In this document: positions 28,501 to 41,811 of the stretch, piece after piece | Numbering within the stretch: position 1 is the stretch's first letter | Layout of the letters: every line of letters begins with the position of its first letter | DNA from: Paragordius varius | Taxonomy: Eukaryota > Animalia > Nematomorpha | Direction of reading: 5' to 3' | DNA length: 64,000 bases | NCBI GenBank assembly: GCA_964247055.1 | Contig: OZ176051.1 | Location: forward strand, 8,804,001 to 8,868,000 | The notes under the pieces: generated by a model | What the model was told of the DNA's origin: nothing | Seen by the model: the letters and a program-made list of their open reading frames with translations, nothing else | Databases searched by the model: none | Translations under genes and position numbers: made by a program

Positions 28501-31500
28501 AATTTTAATGTTTGTCTTTTCCCATATATTTTTATTTCCACATATAATTATTATATAAGCATTGTAAAATCATTACCGCGCCCATTAAATATAAGGTGAT
28601 TCCTGTTGTCACAAATAGGTAATTTTTTTACTGATTCATAATATAATTTTATTGATAAAAATGTTTAAATTTTAAATTTTAGTAATTATAAAGGAGGAAA
28701 ATTTAAATTGTAATACTTTTAATAGTACTAATATATTTATCTTTGGAAAAATTTACTACCCGATTTTCGGATTTATTTTGTTCATAAGAGGTAGATTAGG
28801 TTAAAATAAATTTTTATTTTTGGATATTATTATCTGTATATGCGTAAAAACTTATATATTTTGTTTTTTTATATTAAATTTCTTATTTTTTTATTGAGAT
28901 TCTTGAAACTTTATGCATATATTTTTGACCTTGAAAACATCTCTCTAAGAATGTAAAAAATGGTCAAAAATAATATTTACATTTTAATAAGGCAGTATAG
29001 TAATTTATAAAAGGATCAATGTTTTCAAATCTACCATACATCATATTACTGATGTTATTCTGCTAATTTTTATATATTTAACTTTTATTTGTAAAATATT
29101 TCAATAAAAAACCATGAACTGTAATATATTAACCATTTTTTAATTTTAGTGTTACTTATTTTTAATTCCAGAATATCAAGAATATGAATCCCAAATGAAA
29201 CAACTTGAATGTAATGGCTATTCATCTAGTACCAATAAAACATCATATTTAAACACTTCACCCAAAGATAATATAAATGAAGGACTTCAAAATATTTCCA
29301 TAAACAATTATAATAATGTTACGCAAGATTGTATTCTTTCAAAAGGTAAAATTATTTTTTTATTAGCATTTTATTTTTATTCTTTGCCGATAACAAATGA
29401 TATATTAATATATATTAGGTGATCCTATAATTGAAAAAATGTCCATAACAGAAGCTAAAAATGGTCACATTGCTATTCAAACAACTCCAAGTATAAATAT
29501 TAAAGTTTATGCAAAAATTAAAAAATTTAATTTAATTTTTTACGTTTCTAGTGATATATGGTAATATATAAAAACAATTTCAATTTTATTTTGATTAAAA
29601 TTAGAAATTTTTTTATTATATAAAAAGAAAAATTTTACCATATCGTGTAGCATTAATTGTTAAAAAGTGAAAATTAATTTTTGGATTTTTTTACGGTAAA
29701 TAAGTTCGGCAATATGTTCTTTAAAAAAATTTGCTCTTTTTTATACGCAATATATGATATTATTATAAATATGTTAAAAAAATGTAATAGAATTCTGATA
29801 TTGCTTTGAAAAAAACACATTTTTACATTTGTTACATAATCCAAAAATTTATATGCTAAATATAAATCATTTGTAAATTTTATATAAAACTTATTTATTA
29901 ATTTATCATTGTTTTTTTATAGTTTTGTCACAATCTAACGCAAAGGCTTCAAGTTCTTCCATATCAACAACAATGTCAAATGAAACTATATCCCACAATA
30001 CCAATTCTCTCAATAAAAATGATAAATGTCATCAAAATAGTATTATGAGTGGTAGCTTACGTATTGCACCACAAAAAAGATCTCTTTATGTTAAGTTAGT
30101 ACTTTTTTAGTTTTATACATTTTTAAAATATCTTTATACAAAAATTTTAAACATGATAAATAGTTTATATATTACTAATTTTTTTTTCTACCTTAATTCA
30201 AAGCTGAGGTTTAACTTATTTAGTTTATTTTAAGGATATATAACATTTACATTATTATCCAGTATTGACATGTGGCTCTACACTATGGTAAAACTTTTTT
30301 GATCTAGCATTTTTTAAATATATAATTATTATTAATAAAAGACGATTTCATACAATTCATATTTTTTCAATTAATTTAGATTAAAAATTAACATTACAGT
30401 ATGCATTTAAATGGTAGCTTATTTACACTACAGTAGAGCGATTTCTATATAGGAGTGTATGGAAAAAAGAAGGGAAATAATTGTTTATTCAACATTTTGT
30501 TGATTTATCCATACACTAGTGTATTACGAATTGGCTTATTAAAGTGTGAAATAAGCAACATCAAAAGGAATACTGTATGTTGCGGAATTTTTATACATTT
30601 ATGCAAAACACTGTGTCAATTTTAAAATTCCCATATCTATTTATATTTATTTTTATTTCCTTATCTTTCTTTATACGTAAATAAATATTTTTTTAATAAA
30701 AACGGATATTTCCTTTATATAATTGCTTAAATTTTCAGGATGGTAGCCTAAAAGCAAAACTTATTTATAAACTCTACACCCGTATACAAAAATTTTTTAG
30801 CCTGTGCGAAAATACGAAATAGTATTATTAAAATATTAATTTAAGCAATTTTAAATCGGAATCACATACGAAATTTCTAAATTATATAATTAAATTTTAT
30901 TTTTAGCATAGCCAAAAAATAATACATTTTCTCCAAATACTTATTTTGAATATTATTTTTTCCAATCTACCATTCTTTTGTATATGAAAAACTATTTTTT
31001 TATAACACGCAACTTAATAGTTCAGACCTAACCTTTTTAAACTTGTTATATTTTTTTATCATATATTCTTCAAGCTTTTCTCCAATTATTTGTTTTTAAC
31101 CCACTTTAATTTTATTATCAAAATATTTTATTTTATAACTCAATTTTTAACTTTATTTTATACATAGTCAAAATATAACTCATTTATTCCAGTAATTTCG
31201 TTTTTGAACCCGTTTATAAAGCTTTTTAATCCATTTTTTTGGTTCCTTTTTAAAGCGTTAATTCTGACACTTTACATGGTAGATCAGATGGTATCCCTTT
31301 TTAAAACTTATTTTATCAAATTATTTTGCGCCTTATTCGTAAATTTTTAACATTTCATTTTTTTTCAAATATTTATCTAATTTAGAGCACTATTTGATTA
31401 TGATGCTGAACGTGATAGATCAGACCTACCGGGTCCTGGGCTTACTTTTTTTGCTGGTAATTTAATCCACGTTTCAAATGCCAGCGATGAACATTGGTGG

Positions 31501-34500
31501 AGAGCACGTCGACTGTTAGCTGGTCTCGATTATTTTCCTTACGATACGCTACATGCCTTTAATAAACCCGTTTTTAATGCATCCGCTACTGAGTAAGTTT
31601 TAGAGATTTATAGTTTTAATGCGTTTTCGTAGGATTTTGGAATATTTAAAACGAAATACATGCTTTTATCAAACCCATTTTTTATGCCTTTGAGTAAGTA
31701 TTTTGTGTGTTTTTAGGATTTTGACAAACTTTTTAATTAAAACATTTTTTAAATCAAAATTTTAACGAACGATACGCTATACATGCCTTAAATAATTCTG
31801 TTTTTGAATGCCTCCACTTCTGAGTAAGTTTTTATTTTTTTAAAAAATTTTTATAGAGGGTTTGTAATAAATTAGTTATACAAAATAAATTAAAACTTCA
31901 TTGGAAGTCAAAAATAATTTCATAAAGTCACCTTTACATTAACCTGTTTCTTTCTAACCTAAATGAGGTTTTTGCAATGTTAAACGATGTTGATCTGTCC
32001 TCTTTAAAAGGAAAATTTGTCCTTTAATTTTCATGGTTTTGTTAATTTAATATTACTGTATTGTCAGAAATTATATGAATGATGAAATTGATAATCGGAT
32101 GCATGGTACCCTAACCACTCCTTCCACCATTGGTTTGATACCAAGTTTAAACAGGTATTTTGCTAATAATTATATAGTAGAATATATTTCCATATTAAAA
32201 AAAAGAAATAAATTAAAACGTTTTAAAAAATATTAATATTGTATATTTTTAAATTTCAAATTATTTATCTTAATTTTCATTGTGATAAAATAAATAATAT
32301 TAAATATTATTTACACTTATTATATAGCATTATGTCTTTTTCGATTCAGGTATATACAATCGTCAAAAAAATTTTTTTACAAAAATATAATTTTATGACG
32401 TTAGTCGACGTGAATGCCCCCACTTTACCTCACCATTTGCATCATTTATTTAACCTATTAATTTAATATAATATCATATACTATATAACAATATTCCTTA
32501 AAACTAAACGACTTTAATATAAATATATTTTGGTCATTGGGTTTTTTAACCTTTTTACACATCTAATCTTGAAATTATATAAGCTTTGTTGATGTTTTGA
32601 ATAAATCATTCCTGTTATAACCAGTAGCTAACTTATTATTTTTCTAAATAATAGTTAATGTGTTTATATTTAAGTTCGCCAAATCAATATATATATATAT
32701 ATATATATCTAAATTTTAAATGGTTATTTTTTTTATTTTAAGGGTAAGACGGAAAGAAAAATATCGGAACAAAAGCGTTAAATTTAAAGGGCAAAGTCCG
32801 CCCAAACGTATTACATCACATTCTACTCAGGGTATAAATAACATTCATGAATTGCTTGATAATTCGTACGAGGATAATCGTTTCCAAAACGCTAATAAGG
32901 TAAAAATACTTATTTATTACCATTTTATTTGGGCTACCGCGTAACCTTTTAAAATAGCCCGATGAATAATTTTATTTATTTTTTCTTAATAGAATCTGTA
33001 GGAATATATTAAAATCGGAGATATACGAAAATAGTAAAGAAATGCCATTTTTATTTAAGACTACTAAATTATTTATTCTAAATTCTCTCTACTACCTATA
33101 TGATTGCGGTTGCTAAATATAAAATAAGGGTGTTACCTGTTTACTTGTCAACTCCTTTCGACAGCCCTAATATAGTTTATATAAAAGATTAGAAATGGTT
33201 GTATGTTTTTTTTTAATAAATGACATTATACTTTTTCCCCTATATATTTCTAGTTTATATCCTATCATTAGTTTCTTATCCGTTTTTTTCGATATCATAG
33301 CATGATAATAACGAAACAAATTCGTATACAACCAAAAAATCCCAAAATACTATTCATGATAACAGTGATAAAAGGGAATCCGATACTAATACACCAATCG
33401 TCAATGGGCACAAAAGTGGGAAATATATCAAGAAAAAAATTAGTTTAAATGCCATATCAGCTTCAACGCATCATTTAAATAGCTTATTATTTGGTGGAGG
33501 TGGTAGAACAAGTGTAGACACACATGGTAAAAAGAAATTTTCATTCACCAAAAATCGAGATTACATCCTTAACAATGATACTGATGTTAATGATACAAGC
33601 CTGCGAAACGAATACATAAACGGATGTGAAATGGTTGATGGACCTGAAAGTATACTTAAACAATTTATATAGTCCTCATCATATGGCTTAATAACCGACC
33701 CTTTTTTAAACAAAATAAAATTGATTTTTTTCAGTTTCAGTTTTTTTCGATATATATAATATATATACATATATATATATATATATTAGGGCATTATGTC
33801 GGCTTCAATATTTTCACCAACTTTTTATTAACTTTAAACGAAAGTATGTTAAAAAAGTGCATAATGATCAACTATTTAAAAGTTTTACAAGCTATTTATT
33901 TTATAGCTTCTTTAGAGAGGGATCAATATATGAAATTTACGGTTTATGTAATGATAAACAATTACAATTCTTTTTGGGAATATAAGTGTTTATATAATAT
34001 ATATATATATATAAAGAAAGTCAATACTGTTTTTGTTTCTGAGCTTAAGTCAATTGTTTGTCGAATGGTTTTAAAATATTAACAGTATTTTTTATATTTA
34101 TTAAAGTAATAAACATTATCAAATGAATAAAATTTCTTTTATTGACTTAAGTTTTTTGGAACCGTAGTCGAGATTAGAAATTATTTTTAAACCGTTTTTA
34201 AATAATGTTTGATGAATTTGCTAATCGCTGGATAAAAATATTTTTTATATCTTAATATAGAACAAGCCTCAAACACCGTTAGTGATAGTGAACAAAGTTT
34301 AAACAGTAACAATTAAACATTCATATTTATATATATAATTAATTATTATATTTATAAAAAATGTTAATTAAATAGAATTAACTGACTCTCTACCTTGTTC
34401 ACAAAACGGTGGATATTTTGGGAAAGCATCGCTTAATGATATAAGTAGTCTTGGGACAAACAATAGTTTTACTATGCCTTACCAACCTGTACATCTTGTG

Positions 34501-37327
34501 CCTAGTAATTAACACGATATTCATAAAAATTTTGGTCGAATTTTTTTCATATACAAACAATAACGTAAAAAATTTCGATAAATGAGTTAATTGTTTTCTA
34601 TAACGGAATATAACGTTAACATTTGTTAGAAAAAACGATTATATATTCCGTTAATAACCATATTACAATGCGCATTGATTTATTTAACAAAAAGATTCCT
34701 GCTTATTTATTTATATTTCGAAAAAATTCTTAAGCTGATTATAAACTATGATAACCAATGTTTTAGTTCAAATTTAAGTTTTCTTGAAATGACTAATATA
34801 TTTATAAATAAAACCATATTTTTTAACTCTTTTTTAATATACCCATAGATTTGGGTTGCATAATAAGTAATAAAATAGTATATTGAGACAGTCAATTATA
34901 TATTTCAAAATTGCAATTACTGTGGTTACAATAATCACTGGATAATTATTATTTTACGTTTTTTCTTTTTTAATTTTTACTCAATCATACATTATTAACT
35001 AATTTATTTTGTTTAACGTGATTTAGTTGATTACAAACGTCCAATCATTATTTTGGGTCCTTTCAAAGATCGCATCTCCGATCAGTTAATTCAAGATTTC
35101 CCTGAAACATTTAGCAATTGTGTCCCACGTAAGATATTAAACCTTCAAGGCGTTAATATATAAAGTTAAATTTGTTTTTAAGTAAATACCTGTAATTTTA
35201 TGAATTTATAACAGTAAAATCTAATTTGTATGCCCAATGAGAGAGTATGGGGGTTTGAGTATCTTGAACTTTTAAAAAACTCATCAAAATTTTAAGGCTT
35301 ATACCAAAAAAATTTGTTTTTTACATTTTGTCCTTTTAAATTATTAAAAATATAATTTATGAAGACACAACTCGTGCCCCTAGACCAGGTGAGGTCGATG
35401 GCCAAGATTACCATTTCGTAGCGGGTGGGATAACTCACATGGAATGTTTGATTAAACAAGGCCTTTTCATAGAAGCCGGTCAGTTCAATGGAAATTTGTA
35501 TGGAACATCGCTGGAGGCAGTGAGAGATGTTGCATTTATACAGGTTACTTTTTTTTAAACGTTATTATATTTTAATTTATAATTTAATGATTTATTGTGT
35601 TTAAAGATTTGTACATGGGCAAATGTAGAACAATTGATTTTGTTTTTTAAATGTTTCGATACCATCATTAAATTAGTAAAAATTTAAGAAGTTGCAAAAT
35701 TAAACTATTCAAAAGTTTGTTTATGCCATTTATATTTTAGCTATCATTCCGTAAAGAAATAATTATAATGGCAAACGTTTGGTCATACTAATCAAATATT
35801 TAACCATTATTTATTACTCTTGCACAAATTATTTTGAACCAATAGATTAGATTTACATCTTACTATTTAATTTATAAAATCAATTTTTGTAATTAACAAC
35901 GGCTTTAAACTAAATAATCTTGTGACTTGTAGTTTTAAGTTAAGATCATTAAAATCGACACAAAGGGACTACTTTTTTACATTTTATTTTACATGAATCG
36001 ATAATAAAAAAAATTAACACAATTATAATTAGGTAAAAAGGCGTAAATTTTTAATTAAAAAATAATAATTTTTTTTATATACAATTTACTTCAAATTCAC
36101 CCTTAAACAATTCAAATCTTGAACAATTCAAATATCATTCAACAATAATTCACCCTTAAACAATTCAAATTCACCCTAAAATAAATTAGGTGTTTTTTAA
36201 GATTAAAATTATATAATTTTAAAAAAATGAAATTTTGTTTGCCATTAAATTATACTGAAAAAATAATAAACTAAGCCATAAATATATATTTCATATTAAA
36301 ATGAGTTATAATAGCCTCGGAAAACACTTTATTAATTTTAAGGGTGAATTTGAATTGTTCGAGGGTGAAGTTGAATTTGGGTGAAGTTGAATCGTAAATG
36401 GTATATAACTTATTTTGAATTGGATAAATAGGAAAAACATTGTTTATTGGATGTGAGTGGGAACGCTATTCGACGCCTAGTAGCCAACGATATTTTTCCA
36501 ATCGTGATTGGTATAAGGCCCCTATCCCACGAATCTTTAATGTATGTAACTTACTTTTTTTACGTCTAAATTTTTAAAATTGAAAGGGATATAGTAGGGT
36601 TTAAATAGGTCTTTCCAGAAAAAATTGCATTATATGTATGATGGATTCTCACCACAGATCAAAAATTTATTATTTGAAAGCGTGAAGAAAAAATTTTACA
36701 TTTCATTATCGAAAAAAACCATAAAACTTTGCAAACATTATGTATTATTTTCAAATTATACCGCACTAACTAAAATTAGTTTTAATAAAAAACTTAGACA
36801 AGTAACTAATTAAATATTATGCAGGGAACTCGATCAAGAAATGGATGAAATGGAAGCCCAGCATACGTTGGAAAAGGCCGAAAAATGTCTCATCGAATTC
36901 GAACAATATTTTAACTGTAATATTTTATTTAATTATTGTAACTTTATTGTTTTTTGAGAAGAAAATGCGTATTTGGGATTTTGATTATATGTTAAAAAAC
37001 TGTTATGATGCATAAACTACGGCCCACATATAATGTGATATTAACATGATGATATTAAAAATAAATAAAAAAAATTGTATAAATATCGATAAAAAATTAT
37101 TGTTTTCGACTATTAAATATCATCCATATACTCTTGGGCCGTGAATTTTTTTCCGTAACTAAATTAATGGCTAAAAATTGTAAAAACATATAATTTTTTT
37201 ATACTTCGAAACTTTTTTAGGTGTTATACCAGCAGATACCCATGCTCAAATGTACAGAGATGTATGTGAATGTATTAGCAAAAATAGTGAACTTAAGATT
37301 TGGCAAGAATCCAGGGAACCATTATAA
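14095..37327 (+). CDS. dlg1: Discs large homolog (MAGUK: L27, PDZ1-3, SH3, HOOK, GK). Exons: 14095-14107, 14164-14289, 14352-14920, 16490-~17830, 19671-19988, 20303-20538, 21221-21323, 21623-21689, 21827-21963, 22702-23051, 23197-23283, 23899-24023, 24377-24458, 25861-25985, 26445-26533, 27039-27141, 29172-29345, 29419-29490, 29923-30094, 31386-31592, 32068-32154, 32743-32899, 33301-33649, 34261-34305, 34376-34504, 35027-35128, 35365-35543, 36432-36541, 36825-36916, 37221-37327
   Basis: The exon chain stays in frame across GT-AG introns. Motifs: [120 protein letters not shown]-terminus IWQESREPL*. Donors of the two long low-complexity exons (14920 vs 14860; 17830 vs 17893) are uncertain. Confidence 0.95.
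19457..19500. repeat. (TA)n microsatellite (others near 15906, 27980, 32690, 33770, 41780, 41970, 50075)
   Basis: Perfect TA dinucleotide run. Confidence 0.9.
25403..25423. repeat. Poly-G run in a Dlg intron
   Basis: About 20 consecutive G, within a degenerate hAT-like segment ending GTTGGACAGCACTG near 25674. Confidence 0.8.
30395..30580. mobile_element. Hairpin MITE remnant related to the palindrome centre at 5760/8590
   Basis: TACAGTATGCATTTAAATGGTAGCTTATTTACACT mirrors AGTGTGAAATAAGCAACATCAAAAGGAATACTGTA. The centre AGTGTATGGAAAAAA...TTTATCCATACACT resembles 8530-8590. Confidence 0.5.
36080..36403. mobile_element. TA-flanked MITE with TAC(C)ATTT termini and internal AATTCAAATTCACCC repeats
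   Basis: TA|TACAATTTACTTCAAATTCACCC ... GGGTGAAGTTGAATCGTAAATGGTA|TA. Confidence 0.65.
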
Positions 37328-37832
37328 TAAAGATATTTTTTGTCTACAAACCAAATTTTAAAACATTGTCAACAAATTCGATCCTTATTTGCATATGATT
37401 GATATTTTTAACAACTGATAATTTTTGTTATACCCCGATATAGATATTATATTTTACATACCATTTTTTATTGTGTATAAAATATGTATTTTTAATTATT
37501 TAAATTATAACATTTTTTAGTTTTTATAAAAAAAAACATTGTATCCAATATTTTTATTGTAGATAGCAACCATACCATCTATTACATATATTGTAAAATA
37601 AATTAATTATAAATTTATTTGTTTAATAATTGTATTAAAGATCGCTATTTTAAATGCATAGTGAAATATAAAAAATTAAATATTGTGAGGAAGACGAATT
37701 AATATTTTACTAGATGCATAGAGATTGCACAAAGAATATCAAAACAATAAAAATATTTTGTTTAAAAGCAAAGTTGATAATTAAAAATAGTATAATTTGA
37801 AGACAATGTAAAAATATTTTAAAAAAAACATA

Positions 37833-40800
37833 TTATACCACCAAGAATTCAAAATATTTTATATTATAAATGGGGTATGGGCAAAATTCCATACCAAGAC
37901 TTCCACCATAAATTTCGGATACATTTTTATTTGCTTTTAACGGTTTTGAGGTCTCATTTTTTGTGGCATTTTCTTTGGATAACGTTAGCATTAAATGTAT
38001 TTCTTCATCAATATCCGGTTCCTCCCAAGGCTTTTTGGGCTGCCCAATTTTTTGGGCATAAAAATTGTCCTCAATAAATTCTAACATTTCTGCCTCCCGA
38101 AAATGCCGATTGTGATAATCTAAAACCTCCTGTTGATGTTGAATATATATGTATAAAACTCTATTCATTTTCAGTATAGGGAAATGGTGAATGAGGTTAT
38201 ATTTCCAACAATTTTTTACGGTAAAAATTAATTATGAAATAAAATATGAAAATTAAACGACTAAACTACCTTGATTTTTTCATTAAATTTTATCGTGCGA
38301 AATAAGGTATAGAGATGTAAATTTATACCTGACAATTATATAATTAAATGTAATAATAGAGGTAGTGCAGAACAAAAAAATCAAAACATTTTCTCCATAA
38401 AAAGTTATAGACTTTTCCTTTCTATGTTTTTGCTTTATAATTTTGATAATCAAAATATTTATAAATCATAGATTCATATATTAAATACCTGTCGCGGTAC
38501 GAAATGCGTTTGATTAACTTGACCCGTTGAAAGATAATACTTTTTATTGTTAATCATATCCGTGTTAAAGGGATCAAGTACAAAATAGCATGCTACCATT
38601 TGTGCAGCCATTTTAAGGGCCCCTACTTTGTAATACGAATATTGCAAATAATGATAATGGCTCCGCAAATAATCATCCATAAAAAGTATGCGACTTTCCT
38701 TGGGCAGATTAGATTCATTTTCCAATATAGATGAGGAGGAGTCTTTTTGATGGTCACTAAAATATTCTCCTTTTTCTGTTTTTTGATCTGCTACTACATT
38801 ATCATGTGAATCAGGTAATTGTTCCCCAGGGATGGTATTTAACTGTTTAATACATTGGCGATTACATTTGAGTCGTAGGGCATATAAATCTAAGTATACA
38901 GTAAGAATTAAAATTATCTTAAGAAAAAATATTTTTATTAAGCAAACATATTGTATATAATTTTTAATTTTAATATTATAGTGGTTTTGGGGTTGCAAAT
39001 AAGAAATAGAAATACAAAAAGCTAGTACGGCATAAAAACAGAATTAAGTAAAAAAAACTAAATTATTCTATACTTTTTGTATAATTAATATATATATATT
39101 ACATGTGTTGGCCAATTTATATAACTATAAACCAAAAATGAGAACTTACTGTTATATATTTATTAAAATCCTGGGTTAATATATATTATTTGTTAAAAGA
39201 ACTATTAGTATGGAATTTGTTATTCTACGACAAAATGGAAAAGTATAAACACTATTTTTTACTAAAACAACCATACTTTTTAAATCTTAATTTATTTAAA
39301 TATAAATTTTTGTTCTAAACTCTAAAGTATAAAATAAAGATGTATATTAATAACACAATCAATTACATATTTTATGATTGTTAAATGATTTTAATAAGAT
39401 ATTAATGTTTGAAAAAGTATGGTCATCCTTAAAAAAATTTGTTTTTATATTTTTATGTTTGTGTCCGTATCATTCAATTTTAACTGTAATATGAATTTTA
39501 TTTTATCCTGATAAAATTTTAATTTCTTTACTTTTCATATAATTTAAATTGAAGAAAAGAATTATACTTGCAATCGTTGTTATGAAATCGTAATTAAAAA
39601 TGTGTTTATAAGGTCCCAGGCAATGTAATCGACACTCTTTATCACGTTGGTAATAATGGTGTAACGCTTCCTCAAAATAATCTATGGCTTCCAACCAATT
39701 TTCGGACAAATATGAGGTAAGCCCATTAAAATAAAATTCCTAGCAAAAAAACAAATTAAGTTAATATGAATAATAATAAAAACTGATCTCTGTTCTTAAA
39801 TGGTCCAAATAAGATGTTACTAAAAAATTTATATTTATTTAAAAACGTGTCATATAAAATAAAAAGTGTGTGAACTGTTTCGGACACTATAAGGGATGTC
39901 CGTCGTCAGCATTAAAAAGAATAGAAATGGATTGAATAACTGTTGTCTTTTATATATAATTTTTAAATTTATTCCATTAAAATAGAATAATTAGTTATAA
40001 ACATTAGTCACTACTGAGAAAGATTGAAACCATGTCAAATGAACAATTTATAATATTTACAACATACACCTAAGTTATAATGGAAAAAAAGGGAAAAAAA
40101 GCGAGGGATCTACAACTCTGAGTTGAAAACAAAAGAGTCCATATGAGATTAATCATCAAGAAGGACTTTCCATGTATCACACTAATCTTTTGTCCTTATT
40201 CTAAATTTTTTTCACTTGAGAATTTCTAATTCTCGCGTAAGTCTTTGATTATTATTAAAAATCTTAATGCAACCAATATTGTCAAAAGAAACGTTACGGT
40301 TTTCCTTCCAACAATGTTCTGCAATAGAGCTTTTAAAATCGCCATTTCTTAAGCTATATTTGCGTGTTTTAACTTTACTTGCGGTGCCGATATCCTAACC
40401 ATACTCGCATGTAACTTTATACGCGGTTGAATTTAATTTGGATTTATTCTTATTTTATAAAAAAGTTTTAAATTTAAACCTAATTTCAAACCCACCCCAA
40501 TGCAAATTACTTTAAAATGCGTGCAATGCGATCTGTGATATTTTATAAATACGGAAATACAAAACTCATAAGTTTAAATACGTTTTTATTATTGTAAAAT
40601 TGCCCGATAAGCGTCGTTTGCTGAGTATCCATTTTTTAAAAAGGTTTGAACAAAACCATCTGTGTTACATTTATGCGAGGCTTTCCACATCCAAACTTAT
40701 TAATAGCTCGGTTTCAGCTATGTGCATATCCTTTATATAAATCTATAAATTCAAAAGAGTTTTTTAATTCGTTCTTTAAGAAGGTTTGTAAATATTCGGC

Positions 40801-41776
40801 TAAATGTTGTGCTAAAGAATACAAGGATGAATTTTTGGTGGGAACAATTGGACGCATTAAGCCATCCGTTTAATGCGCATAAGATATCACACATACTTGG
40901 CTTAATAGGACATTGTGCAATACAAATTACATATGAACATCACTCACAAAAACGAAATTTTTTAAAAAATCAAATTTTTCGCGAGTTCAAATAAACGGAT
41001 AATATGAATAAAAACATAACAGATGGTTAGCAAACGACATTAATCAGGCAATTTTAGCATTGAACAATAATAAAAATAGAACTAAAAATGATAAGATTTT
41101 TATTTCACTTCAGCATGTAAAAAATATTAGATCGCATTGCACGCATTTAGAAGCAATTTGACATTCGGGTGGAGTTGAAACTAGGTTTATATTTAATACT
41201 TTTTTTAAATTAATCCCATATGGACTCATTTGTTTTCACCTCAAAGTTGTCAATCTCTGAGGGTTTTTTTCATTTTTTTTCCATTAATACTAACTTAAGT
41301 GTATGTTGTAAATATAATAAATTGATTGTTAATATAGTTTCGATGCCTCTCAGTGACAAATGTTTTAACTAATTGGTGGGCTGGACATATTGAAATTCTT
41401 AAAATACCAGCAAAATCCGGCCGACCGCATACCTCATGGCTCAACACAATAACAAAAGATCTCGAATCGCTTAATTTAAATCTAGAATCAGCCAGATCAA
41501 AAAAAATTGGAAAAAAAAATAAACGGGTGTACCGCTATTTAATAGCAATTCCCCATATATATGATGATGATATAAAGATAACAGTTATTTACTTATGCTT
41601 ATTTATAGTGTCATAAATCGTTTGCACCTTTTTATTTATTTATTATTTTATATGACACGGTTTAAAATAAATTTCCATATATTTTTAAAATATTCACGTG
41701 TCTACATTAAAAATTACTACAAGATATTAATTAATTGATTTTTATAGTTTCTGTATCCTTGTTAACAATTATTTTT

Positions 41777-41811
<35 letters not shown>

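Larger units (their letters stand above)
40045..41335. mobile_element. Long inverted-repeat MITE in a CRTAP-like intron, interleaved with Penelope fragments
   Basis: 40045-40165 mirrors 41205-41335, and 40470-40565 mirrors 41095-41195. Confidence 0.65.
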
